Counted from the stretch's first letter, positions 38,932-45,929 are shown. The stretch is 64,000 nt of DNA from a virus (IMGVR_UViG_3300033073_000489:18781-82780), one strand, 5' to 3'. Notes: generated by a model from the letters alone, not told the origin. Made by a program: numbers and translations.

Positions 38932-38988
38932 CAGAATGTGTTTTTTTTTCGATATGCTTGAAAATTTAAAGTTGCTGTTAACATTCTA
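38932..38988 (-). ncRNA. CAGCAA-scaffold RNA copy A (5' UTR of TROVE-like gene)
   Basis: AGAAUGU-UAA-CAGCAA...ACAUUCUG directly followed by AAAGG SD and AUG. Confidence 0.7.
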
Positions 38989-38997
38989 TGTTTCTAG

Positions 38998-39236
38998 CAG
39001 GATGAGCGGAACAGTTTTTATTTTCTGGTTGGCCCCATCCCCTGTATATTGGTTCAGTTCCCCAACCCTAGCTGTCCTTGTGTCTGCGACAGCGCATATA
39101 TGTCTTTCCATAAGTCAACAGTTCCATTAGCGTTATGGTTTATACATTTCTGTATTGCCACTACAGCCGTTCCACGGGCCGCCGTCTACTGCATGAACGG
39201 TTTCAGTATAAAGTTAAAGTTGCTGTAATCATCCTA
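38998..39236 (-). ncRNA. CAGCAA-scaffold RNA copy B (long, GGA-rich insert)
   Basis: AGGAUGA-UUA-CAGCAA...UCAUCCUG. Confidence 0.75.
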
Positions 39237-39243
39237 TGATTAA

Positions 39244-39408
39244 CAGGATCGTTGTTGACTGCTTTTATTAGACTCAGGCCATCACTCTGAGCTTGTTGGT
39301 CTATTTCAATAGCAACCTTCAACGTCTCCAGGCGAACCTTTTGACTCCAGCCGACTACCATAGGGTCCAACGATCCATAGTAATATGAATGTTGCTGATA
39401 CGATCCTA
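39244..39408 (-). ncRNA. CAGCAA-scaffold RNA copy C
   Basis: AGGAUCGU-AU-CAGCAA...ACGAUCCUG. Confidence 0.75.
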
Positions 39409-39440
39409 AAACTCTCTGCAAGTTGCCTTGCTATGTGTCT

Positions 39441-39469
39441 ATTATAGTATAGATCAAACTGCTTGTCTA
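39441..39469 (-). promoter_or_regulatory. sigma70-type promoter for copies C, B, A and the TROVE-like gene
   Basis: TAGACA-N17-TATAAT. Confidence 0.7.
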
Positions 39470-39493
39470 GCCTTTTGGCTAAACTGAATAAAA

Positions 39494-39607
39494 CAGGATA
39501 CTATTCTTTGACGAATGCTCTACCTAATGAGCTATTTTTCCCTAGCGGAAAAAGATGGAATCGAACCACCTACCTATCGTTTGGATAGTTTTGCTGTGAG
39601 TATCCTA
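39494..39607 (-). ncRNA. CAGCAA-scaffold RNA copy D, YrlA-like permuted tRNA mimic
   Basis: AGGAUACU/AGUAUCCU encloses a hairpin, T arm GGUGG-UUCGAUU-CCAUC, loop-closed acceptor stem UUUUUCC/GGAAAAA and D arm GCUC-AUUAGGUA-GAGC. Confidence 0.85.
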
Positions 39608-39610
39608 AAT

Positions 39611-39685
39611 TGGAGGTCAGGGTAGGGGTCAAACCTACCTGTATCCGGTTTGCAATCGGAAGCATAGTCGCTCTGCCACCTGACC
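39611..39685 (-). tRNA. tRNA-Cys(GCA)
   Basis: Cloverleaf, loop UUGCAAA, U73, CCA encoded. Confidence 0.9.
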
Positions 39686-39691
39686 ATTGCT

Positions 39692-39766
39692 TGGTGGATC
39701 GTGTAGGGATCGAACCTACGACCTACGCCGTGTAAAGGCGGAGCTCTACCGCTGAGCTAACGATCC
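39692..39766 (-). tRNA. tRNA-Val(UAC)
   Basis: Cloverleaf, loop UUUACAC, CCA. Confidence 0.92.
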
Positions 39767-40192
39767 AATATGCTTTACTTCAATCCCGGACTTTTCCAGG
39801 AAATTTATTCCGCTATCATCCCGATAGTGGCTACCAAAAAATACACGAGCAATACCTGACTGATGGATAAGTTTGGCGCACTCAATGCAAGGACTGTGAG
39901 TGACAAATAAATCAGCACCCAAGCCACTATTACTAGACTTTGCCAACTTAGCAATCGCATTAGATTCTGCATGTAATACCTCTGGCTTTGTTTTCAACGA
40001 AGTTGTATCATCAGAATGTTGTATAACATCTTCGCAGTTGTTATCCCAACCGGCTGGCATACCATTGTAGCCATAACTGATGACACAGTCGTCTTTAACA
40101 ATAACGGCTCCGACTTGCAAACGTTTTGCGTGACTTAGCTGAGTCAGGCGTGTAGCCCAATCCATGTATAAGTCTATATACTTTTGCTTCAT
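39746..40192 (-). CDS. dCMP deaminase
   Basis: VGAVIV, GYNG, HAESNAI, SPCIEC. Confidence 0.92.
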   Translation of the reverse strand: MKQKYIDLYMDWATRLTQLSHAKRLQVGAVIVKDDCVISYGYNGMPAGWDNNCEDVIQHSDDTTSLKTKPEVLHAESNAIAKLAKSSNSGLGADLFVTHSPCIECAKLIHQSGIARVFFGSHYRDDSGINFLEKSGIEVKHIGSLAQR

Positions 40193-40419
40193 ACCCGTTT
40201 TAAATACTCTTTACCGACTTTACCAGCTTGGATTTCTTCCAATGCTGTTAGCGCACTATGCACATGTTCACGCTTGTCGCTTTCGCGATGTTGACGTTTA
40301 ATTTCACGTGCCCTAGCAGCCGCAATTAAAACAAGATCAAATCGATTACCGCCTGCGTTTTCTACGCACTTCTCAGTGTCTACATTTGGTCCACGACTTA
40401 AAAATTTTGATTGCAACAT
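40189..40419 (-). CDS. rpoZ: RNA polymerase omega subunit homolog
   Basis: NRFDLVLIAAARAREI...ALEEIQAGK. Confidence 0.85.
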   Translation of the reverse strand: MLQSKFLSRGPNVDTEKCVENAGGNRFDLVLIAAARAREIKRQHRESDKREHVHSALTALEEIQAGKVGKEYLKRV

Positions 40420-40438
40420 ACGCTGTCCTTAATGTTTA

Positions 40439-40467
40439 ATTATATAGCAATGTTTGACAAGTGTCAA
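40439..40467 (-). promoter_or_regulatory. sigma70-type promoter
   Basis: TTGACA-N17-TATAAT upstream of rpoZ. Confidence 0.85.
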
Positions 40468-40476
40468 CATTTAAAT

Positions 40477-40551
40477 TGGTCTCGTAGCCCGGAATCGAAC
40501 CAGGATCTACTCTTTAGGAGAGAGCCGTTCTGTCCATTGAACTACAACGAG
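40477..40551 (-). tRNA. tRNA-Arg(CCU)
   Basis: Loop CUCCUAA, CCA. Confidence 0.9.
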
Positions 40552-40552
40552 C

Positions 40553-40651
40553 TGGTCCCTCTGGCAGGACTCGAACCTGCACACTCAGGCTTATCTGGCC
40601 TGTGCTTTGGCGAGGTATAAGCTCGCGTCTTTACCATTAAGCTACAGAGGG
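40553..40651 (-). tRNA. tRNA-Ile(UAU) with 29-nt extra arm
   Basis: GCGAG-CUUAUAC-CUCGC; extra arm AGGC-CAGAUAA-GCCU. Confidence 0.75.
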
Positions 40652-40655
40652 AAAT

Positions 40656-40733
40656 TGGTCGGGGTGGTGGGATTCGAACTCACGACCCTCTGCTCCCAAA
40701 GCAGATGCGCTAACCAGACTGCGCTACACCCCG
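40656..40733 (-). tRNA. tRNA-Pro(UGG)
   Basis: Loop UUUGGGA, CCA. Confidence 0.93.
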
Positions 40734-40740
40734 AATAAAC

Positions 40741-41334
40741 TTAGACTAGGTTAGGACCACATACCCAACCGACTAGCGTTTTTCTTACCCCTTTAGTTAC
40801 AGGAGTAACGCTGTGCGGTATGTATGATGGAAACAAAACCATCTCACCTTTTTGCAAGTTAGCAGAATACGGCTCTTTGCTAACATGAAATAATAAATCA
40901 CCGCCTTCGAACTCGCTAGGATCATTTAACAATATGCTAAAAGATATCTTGCGATTGAAGCCATTTGTATTTCTTAATTGTGTATCACAATGAATATCGT
41001 AAAACCCAAGATTTGAACTTTCGTAAACCGAGTATTGCAACACTTCGGTATAGTTTAAACTGTATCTAAAATGTGTTGTGTTAACACTTAACACAACGTC
41101 AAATACCTTTGTGTATAATCCAGAAAACACTTCCATGTCATGTAAGAACATAACACTGGACCTACGATAGTCTGTGTCTACAGGGTCGTTATCAGTTCTA
41201 ACTTCCGCCTCTACTAGTTGGTCCGGAAACGCACTCGCGTAATTTTCAATAACTTTGATCTCTTCATCGGACAATACATTTGGGATCTTATAATCCCATC
41301 CGATAATTTGATCAGGTGGTTCGAACCAAATCAT
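40741..41334 (-). CDS. 2OG-Fe(II) oxygenase (PKHD/P4H-like)
   Basis: YDIHCD, RKISFS, FEGGDL, FPSYIPHSVTPV..G.RK.LVGW. Confidence 0.9.
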   Translation of the reverse strand: MIWFEPPDQIIGWDYKIPNVLSDEEIKVIENYASAFPDQLVEAEVRTDNDPVDTDYRRSSVMFLHDMEVFSGLYTKVFDVVLSVNTTHFRYSLNYTEVLQYSVYESSNLGFYDIHCDTQLRNTNGFNRKISFSILLNDPSEFEGGDLLFHVSKEPYSANLQKGEMVLFPSYIPHSVTPVTKGVRKTLVGWVCGPNLV

Positions 41335-41921
41335 AAAGAATCCTTATATATAAATTTAATGTTAAACGATATTGATATACGTGTGTTATCAGTATTGTTC
41401 ATCATAACTGCATGTTCTAAAAACGACGGAAATAACAACAACTTACCTTGTAGCGGTTTATGTGCCACATACTTGTTTAATAGAATTGAACTTGATATAT
41501 GTGCAGACGACGGGGACTTAAATTTAATATCACCATCTTCAACAGTTGATTGATAATAGTAGCAACCAGAGATATCTGAGAATGTATGCGAGTGATAATT
41601 TTGATATCCACCACGATCGGAAAAATTAATCCACGAGTCTGTTATTTTAAAATCAATAACAGGTAGCTTCGGGTTAACTTCTGCAAAATATTGTATCATA
41701 TGATTACGAATTGCTTCTTTAAAGATAGGAGTTTGTTCAACAAAGTTCCTAGGAGCATTATAATCAAATGATGACTTAACAGTATCATCCCACGGATTCT
41801 TTAAACTGTCGATGTCTAATGAACTAATAGCTGTAGCAATTTCTGATTGCACAAGTTTATATTCTTCGTTCTTAACTATATCAGAATAGATTGGAATTGG
41901 AAATAAATTTTCTACAGGCAC
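41331..41921 (-). CDS. Putative 2OG-Fe(II) oxygenase
   Basis: LFPIPI, HSH, ISGCYY, LFPSFLEHAV, RISISFN. Confidence 0.85.
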   Translation of the reverse strand: MPVENLFPIPIYSDIVKNEEYKLVQSEIATAISSLDIDSLKNPWDDTVKSSFDYNAPRNFVEQTPIFKEAIRNHMIQYFAEVNPKLPVIDFKITDSWINFSDRGGYQNYHSHTFSDISGCYYYQSTVEDGDIKFKSPSSAHISSSILLNKYVAHKPLQGKLLLFPSFLEHAVMMNNTDNTRISISFNIKFIYKDSL

Positions 41922-41937
41922 ACTAGTCTCTTTAAAA

Positions 41938-42011
41938 TGGAGCGGGGTAAGAGAATCGAACTCTCAGCATTAGCTTGGAAGGCTAAGGTATTACCACTAT
42001 ACGAACCCCGC
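41938..42011 (-). tRNA. tRNA-Gly(UCC)
   Basis: Loop CUUCCAA, U73. Confidence 0.93.
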
Positions 42012-42014
42012 ATA

Positions 42015-42158
42015 TTATCTTCTTGTCACTTTGCGAATTAAAATTAACCAGTAATATTTAATACCGCGGAATGTTGGCATCCAACTAAAGTCAAAGTTGA
42101 TTCCAACTTCCTTTGGAATGCTGCCATACGCTTTTTGTAATGTTTCATCTGGTTTCAT
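42015..42158 (-). CDS. Small hypothetical protein (47 aa)
   Basis: AAGGA SD; MKPDETLQKAYGSIPKEVG... Confidence 0.55.
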   Translation of the reverse strand: MKPDETLQKAYGSIPKEVGINFDFSWMPTFRGIKYYWLILIRKVTRR

Positions 42159-42174
42159 CAACATTCCTTTTGTT

Positions 42175-42249
42175 TGGTGCCGGTTGTCGGGATTGAACTG
42201 ACGACCTACCGCTTACAAGGCGGTTGCTCTACCACTGAGCTAAACCGGC
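42175..42249 (-). tRNA. tRNA-Thr(UGU)
   Basis: Loop CUUGUAA. Confidence 0.93.
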
Positions 42250-42264
42250 ATAATCTTACTTATA

Positions 42265-42531
42265 TTAAACAGGATTACCGGTTGCGTCTTCTTGATTAGT
42301 CATATACTTTTCAAGTGCTTCTTTATATTGGTCCTCATTTAAACCATGCCAACCGATACACTTACCAGTTGGGCTACGACCGCAACCGCATTTACCAATT
42401 TCGCTTGAATCTTCTTGAACTCTTACTTGCACAGGTTTATCCTTTTTAAAAATTCTATCCCAGTTAGTGTCAAATTCTTTTTGACTGATACTAAAAGGTC
42501 TCGGGCTATCACCCTTACCGCCATCACCCAT
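42265..42531 (-). CDS. CDGSH-type iron-sulfur-binding small protein
   Basis: CGCGRS...KCIGWH matches CxCxxS...CxGxH. Confidence 0.7.
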   Translation of the reverse strand: MGDGGKGDSPRPFSISQKEFDTNWDRIFKKDKPVQVRVQEDSSEIGKCGCGRSPTGKCIGWHGLNEDQYKEALEKYMTNQEDATGNPV

Positions 42532-42552
42532 AAAATCTCCTAACTAATACTT

Positions 42553-42628
42553 TGGTGGAGGTGACAGGACTTGAACCCGCTACCTTCTGAATGCAAATCA
42601 GACGCTCTCCCAGGTGAGCTACACCCCC
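42553..42628 (-). tRNA. tRNA-Ala(UGC)
   Basis: G3:U70, loop UUUGCAU. Confidence 0.93.
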
Positions 42629-42632
42629 AAAT

Positions 42633-42709
42633 TGGTTGCGGAGGCTGGATTCGAACCAGCGATTCTTGGCTTATGAGACCAAGCGGATAGACCACTTCCA
42701 TACACCGCG
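42633..42709 (-). tRNA. tRNA-Met(CAU), initiator-like
   Basis: C1:A72 mismatch, loop CUCAUAA; lacks the three G:C anticodon-stem pairs. Confidence 0.8.
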
Positions 42710-42711
42710 AT

Positions 42712-42992
42712 AATTTTTAGTATGCACATCTCTTTCACCAACGGAGCCTGTCTTATGTGCAGGGCGCGATATACATACTAAAAATGTCTAGCCACTCCCA
42801 CCACAGGAGCCCTAAACTGAGCTGTTACTCTGTCCACACCTTTTTCCATTTAGACGGCTAGTGTTGCCGCCTTTGTGATTTCTCAAGTCGTTCCTAAAGA
42901 GAACCTTGCGGTAGATCCAATGCACCGTGCTGTTCTCGCTTACAGCAATCGCGCACTTTAGTTAACGTAAAAGTGTAAAACGGGGTCTGTTA
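42712..42992 (-). ncRNA. Candidate ~280-nt multi-hairpin ncRNA
   Basis: No ORF; 16-bp stem UUUUUAGUAUGUAUAU/AUGUGCAUACUAAAAA, ACC-GCAA-GGU, GGCGGC/GCCGUC, UGCUGU/ACAGCA. Confidence 0.65.
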
Positions 42993-42993
42993 T

Positions 42994-43167
42994 TTACTCA
43001 GCAGCCTTGCGTTCTGCTTTAGATTTGACAACCACACGCGATGCAAGCTCTGCACCGATCATTGCGTGTTTCCATGCATGTCGATCTTCTGCGTTTCGAA
43101 ATTTTCCTAATGCAAGCATTGTTTTTGTTGGCTTGCTCATTTTGTAAGTTGCTGTTGGTTTTAGCAT
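42994..43167 (-). CDS. Small basic hypothetical protein (57 aa)
   Basis: Manual ORF MLKPTATYKMSKPTKTMLAL...KAAE. Confidence 0.6.
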   Translation of the reverse strand: MLKPTATYKMSKPTKTMLALGKFRNAEDRHAWKHAMIGAELASRVVVKSKAERKAAE

Positions 43168-43177
43168 TTTGGTCCTT

Positions 43178-43185
43178 TATAAATA
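43178..43185 (+). promoter_or_regulatory. T4-type late promoter
   Basis: TATAAATA 5 nt before ATG 43191. Confidence 0.6.
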
Positions 43186-43190
43186 ACGTT

Positions 43191-43994
43191 ATGCTTGATT
43201 ATACATTCCATAGACTGAATCACCGCAATAAAACGGAACAATGGCATCAATCTGATAGAGAAGATCAATATAAGACTGAAAATGTTTTCGGTCCTAATAT
43301 ATATACACCTGAATCATTTGACTATAAATTTAACAGTTACGGTTTTCGCTGTGACGAGTTTGATTTGCCTAGTGATGTGCCTATTGTATTTTTAGGTTGC
43401 AGTTTTACAGAAGGTGAAGGCCTACCAGTTGATAAGACTTGGGCGTATGTTCTACTAGAACACATAAGAAACAAAACTAAAAAGAACATTCCGTTTTGGA
43501 ATCTGGCTATATCTGGCGGAAGCACTGATATTAATGCAGGTGTTCTTGCTAATTTTATTGATCAACTTCGTCCTAGATATGTTTTTTATCTTCGACCACC
43601 GTGGATGCGTAGAGCAATCTTTGTAGAAAAAGATCATCTTCAAAACTGGATCCCTGGCTATCTTGGCTCTCCCCATCCATGGATGCTACCTACACACTTC
43701 ACAGAAACTCTAATCCACGAAGATTTTGCAATACAACAAGCTGATCGCAGTCTAACTATAATTGACTTACTTGCAGAAAGATACAACACTAAAGTCTATC
43801 ACTTTCCGTGGCAATTAGGTGAGTCTGAAAATGCAATACAGCCTTCTATCAATAGATTGAAAAATTTTTACAAATTATCAGTGCCTTGGTTAGAAAATAT
43901 AGATATGGCGCGAGATTCTCTGCATCCCGGACCAGCTACTCACAAAATGGTTGCTGATCGTCTGTGGGAGTTTGATGTGAAACATTTATTTTAA
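43191..43994 (+). CDS. SGNH-like hypothetical protein (lone plus-strand gene in the tRNA array)
   Basis: YKFNSYGFR, FLGCSFTEG (block I), NLAISG, ARDSLHPG (DxxH). Confidence 0.7.
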   Translation: MLDYTFHRLNHRNKTEQWHQSDREDQYKTENVFGPNIYTPESFDYKFNSYGFRCDEFDLPSDVPIVFLGCSFTEGEGLPVDKTWAYVLLEHIRNKTKKNIPFWNLAISGGSTDINAGVLANFIDQLRPRYVFYLRPPWMRRAIFVEKDHLQNWIPGYLGSPHPWMLPTHFTETLIHEDFAIQQADRSLTIIDLLAERYNTKVYHFPWQLGESENAIQPSINRLKNFYKLSVPWLENIDMARDSLHPGPATHKMVADRLWEFDVKHLF

Positions 43995-43995
43995 A

Positions 43996-44072
43996 TGGCT
44001 GGCATACCTGGGCTCGAACCAGGGACCCTTTGATTAACAGTCAAATGCTACTACCAACTGAGCTATATGCCA
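43996..44072 (-). tRNA. tRNA-Asn(GUU)
   Basis: U1-A72, loop CUGUUAA, G73. Confidence 0.92.
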
Positions 44073-44078
44073 ATAACC

Positions 44079-44168
44079 TGGCGGAGTGACTGGGACTTGA
44101 ACCCAGAAGCCTGCTTTCGCAAACCGACGGATTAGCAATCCGCTCCAATACCATTATGGGACCACTCC
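44079..44168 (-). tRNA. tRNA-Ser(GCU)
   Basis: Long extra arm, G73. Confidence 0.92.
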
Positions 44169-44174
44169 AATGTT

Positions 44175-44259
44175 TGGTGCGCCTAGCCGGAATCGAACCA
44201 GCACGCCTTACGGCGGGAGATTTTAAGTCTCCTGTGTCTACCTATTTCACCATAGGCGC
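44175..44259 (-). tRNA. tRNA-Leu(UAA)
   Basis: Loop CUUAAAA, long extra arm, A73. Confidence 0.93.
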
Positions 44260-44265
44260 ATAATC

Positions 44266-44466
44266 TTATATTCTACGCTTTTTCCACGTATAGTCAATAC
44301 CATCTGGGCATTTTCCATCTTCGATAGAGTCCGCACCAAACATACCGACAATTTCCATTCCGTTACCACTTATGGTGACAAAAATTCCTAATTCCTTAGC
44401 ATAAGCCATTGCTTGATCTAAGTTAACGAATTCTGTTTCTTCTTCTTTGTTTATTACTTTATACAT
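44266..44466 (-). CDS. Small hypothetical protein
   Basis: 66 aa, EIVGMFGADSI...YTWKKRR. Confidence 0.65.
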   Translation of the reverse strand: MYKVINKEEETEFVNLDQAMAYAKELGIFVTISGNGMEIVGMFGADSIEDGKCPDGIDYTWKKRRI

Positions 44467-44517
44467 TGTTAATTTTACTTTCTTTTCTCTCTCATCACAA
44501 CAATGACGACATTAATT

Positions 44518-44591
44518 TGGCATCCCGGCAGGGACTCGAACCCCGACCAACAGTTTTGGAGACTGGTATGCTGCCATTACACTACCGAGAT
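44518..44591 (-). tRNA. tRNA-Trp(CCA)
   Basis: Loop CUCCAAA, G73. Confidence 0.9.
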
Positions 44592-44598
44592 ATAAATG

Positions 44599-44740
44599 AA
44601 TTTGTTTACCGCTACACGCTGTCCAAGTCGTGCGCTGAACTTACGCTTTGTAAGTCTGTCACACGCATCAGGTTCATTAGAAAGTGTCTTGGGCGACTCT
44701 CTAATCACATATGGTATCCGTGTGCCCACATAAACAAAAC
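44599..44740 (-). ncRNA. Candidate ~140-nt structured RNA
   Basis: Closing stem UUUGUUUAU/GUAAACAAA; hairpins ACUUAC/GUAAGU and UUAGA/UCUAA. Confidence 0.5.
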
Positions 44741-44816
44741 TGGCGCCCCGTAGGGGTTTCGATCCCCTTACCTCCGCAGTGACAGTGCGGTGCTCTCCCG
44801 ATTGAGCTAACAGAGC
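44741..44816 (-). tRNA. tRNA-Asp(GUC)
   Basis: Loop CUGUCAC, G73; T loop AUCGAAA. Confidence 0.88.
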
Positions 44817-44821
44817 TAATA

Positions 44822-44911
44822 TGGCGGAAACGGTGAGATTCGAACTCACGGAGCATTTCTACTCGGCAGTTTTCAAGACTGCTGCAATAAACCGGACTCT
44901 GCCACATTTCC
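44822..44911 (-). tRNA. tRNA-Ser(UGA)
   Basis: Loop CUUGAAA, long extra arm, G73. Confidence 0.93.
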
Positions 44912-44918
44912 GTGTATT

Positions 44919-45004
44919 TGGTGGAGACGACTGGACTTGAACCAGTAATGCCATAAGGCGGCGGATTTACAGTCCACTGGGGTTACCAATTTTCCTACAT
45001 CTCC
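44919..45004 (-). tRNA. tRNA-Tyr(GUA)
   Basis: Loop CUGUAAA, long extra arm. Confidence 0.92.
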
Positions 45005-45008
45005 ATAT

Positions 45009-45091
45009 TGGTGCCCCAGGACGGACTCGAACCGTCACGCTCGCGCACTGGCTTCTAAGACCAGCGTGTCTACCAATTTCACCACCAGGGC
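45009..45091 (-). tRNA. tRNA-Leu(UAG)
   Basis: Loop CUUAGAA. Confidence 0.93.
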
Positions 45092-45100
45092 ATAAACTTT

Positions 45101-45223
45101 CCATTGTTGAATATTCTGCACTATTTGCCTATTCTCAACAGCTTTACTCGAGTTTACTGTTTATTGAATAAGTTACATAACGCACGATCTAAGCCTCTGA
45201 GCTTACAGAATACTCAACAATGG
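45101..45223 (-). ncRNA. Structured spacer whose 18-bp stem begins with the CCA of tRNA-Glu
   Basis: CCAUUGUUGAGUAUUCUG / CAGAAUAUUCAACAAUGG with two internal hairpins. Confidence 0.65.
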
Positions 45224-45295
45224 AGACCCATAGGAGAATCGAACTCCTCTTGCCAGGATGAAAACCTAGTGTCCTAACCGATAGACGAATGGGTC
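45221..45295 (-). tRNA. tRNA-Glu(UUC)
   Basis: Loop UUUUCAU. Confidence 0.9.
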
Positions 45296-45350
45296 ATTGT
45301 CACTTCAAATTTTTAAGGAACGTTGCTAACAGTTGCTAGCGTATGTATCT

Positions 45351-45379
45351 ATTATATAGCTTAAATGCAGTATTGTCAA
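45351..45379 (-). promoter_or_regulatory. Internal sigma70-type promoter of the tRNA array
   Basis: TTGACA-N17-TATAAT. Confidence 0.85.
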
Positions 45380-45410
45380 CTACTTTTTGGCTAAACTAAC
45401 AAATATATTT

Positions 45411-45484
45411 TGGTGCTCTTAGAAAGAATCGAACTTTCATTACCTCCATACCAAAGAGGCGTTCTACCATTTAACTATAAGAGC
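45411..45484 (-). tRNA. tRNA-Thr(GGU)
   Basis: Loop UUGGUAU. Confidence 0.88.
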
Positions 45485-45488
45485 AAAA

Positions 45489-45597
45489 CAGGATGATGTA
45501 GTATTGCCGGGAATCGAACCCCAATTTCAACTACGGTCCCCAATTGGACGGCCTGGCAGAACAATGGCGCCAAAAAGTGTTTGCTGGATTCATCCTA
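45489..45597 (-). ncRNA. CAGCAA-scaffold RNA copy E (partial tRNA-like insert)
   Basis: AGGAUGA-AUC-CAGCAA...UCAUCCUG; insert has GGG-UUCGAUU-CCC. Confidence 0.75.
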
Positions 45598-45601
45598 AAC
45601 T

Positions 45602-45676
45602 TGGCCGGGCCTGAGAGGATCGAACTCCCACCCTCTGGTTCGAAGCCAGAGATGATATCCATTTCACCAAAGCCCG
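45602..45676 (-). tRNA. tRNA-Arg(UCG)
   Basis: Loop CUUCGAA. Confidence 0.88.
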
Positions 45677-45683
45677 AAATACA

Positions 45684-45761
45684 TGGTGCCCCATCTCTGA
45701 TTCGAACAGAGAGAACTTCTCCTTTTGAGAGAGACGACTTTACCAATTTGTCCAATGGGGC
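45684..45761 (-). tRNA. tRNA-Leu(CAA), short extra arm
   Basis: Loop CUCAAAA; only a 6-nt variable region. Confidence 0.82.
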
Positions 45762-45768
45762 ATTATAG

Positions 45769-45929
45769 GTTTTCGAAGTGCCCAACTATCCTCCTGGGAA
45801 GACTCGCTGGATTGTCTCGAACAGGCAAGTTTAAACAAACCGGCTTCAGTCATACTGTAGTGTCAACACAGTCAACCCCACTGTGCCTAGACTGGCAGGG
45901 ACTCAAACCCATCGTCTAACTTCGAAACT
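45769..45929 (-). ncRNA. Candidate ~160-nt structured RNA with T-arm-like element
   Basis: Closing stem GUUUCGAAGU/ACUUCGAAAAC; GGG-UUUGAGU-CCC; GCACAGU/ACUGUGU. Confidence 0.55.

Noticed and set aside
39203-39421. 72-aa ORF MQRVLGSYQQH...
   Set aside because: Coincides with scaffold RNA copy C; stem covariation explains the sequence better and no SD is evident.
43041-43190. N-terminal extension of the 43041-43994 track ORF
   Set aside because: Overlaps a minus-strand ORF; TATAAATA at 43178 points to ATG 43191.
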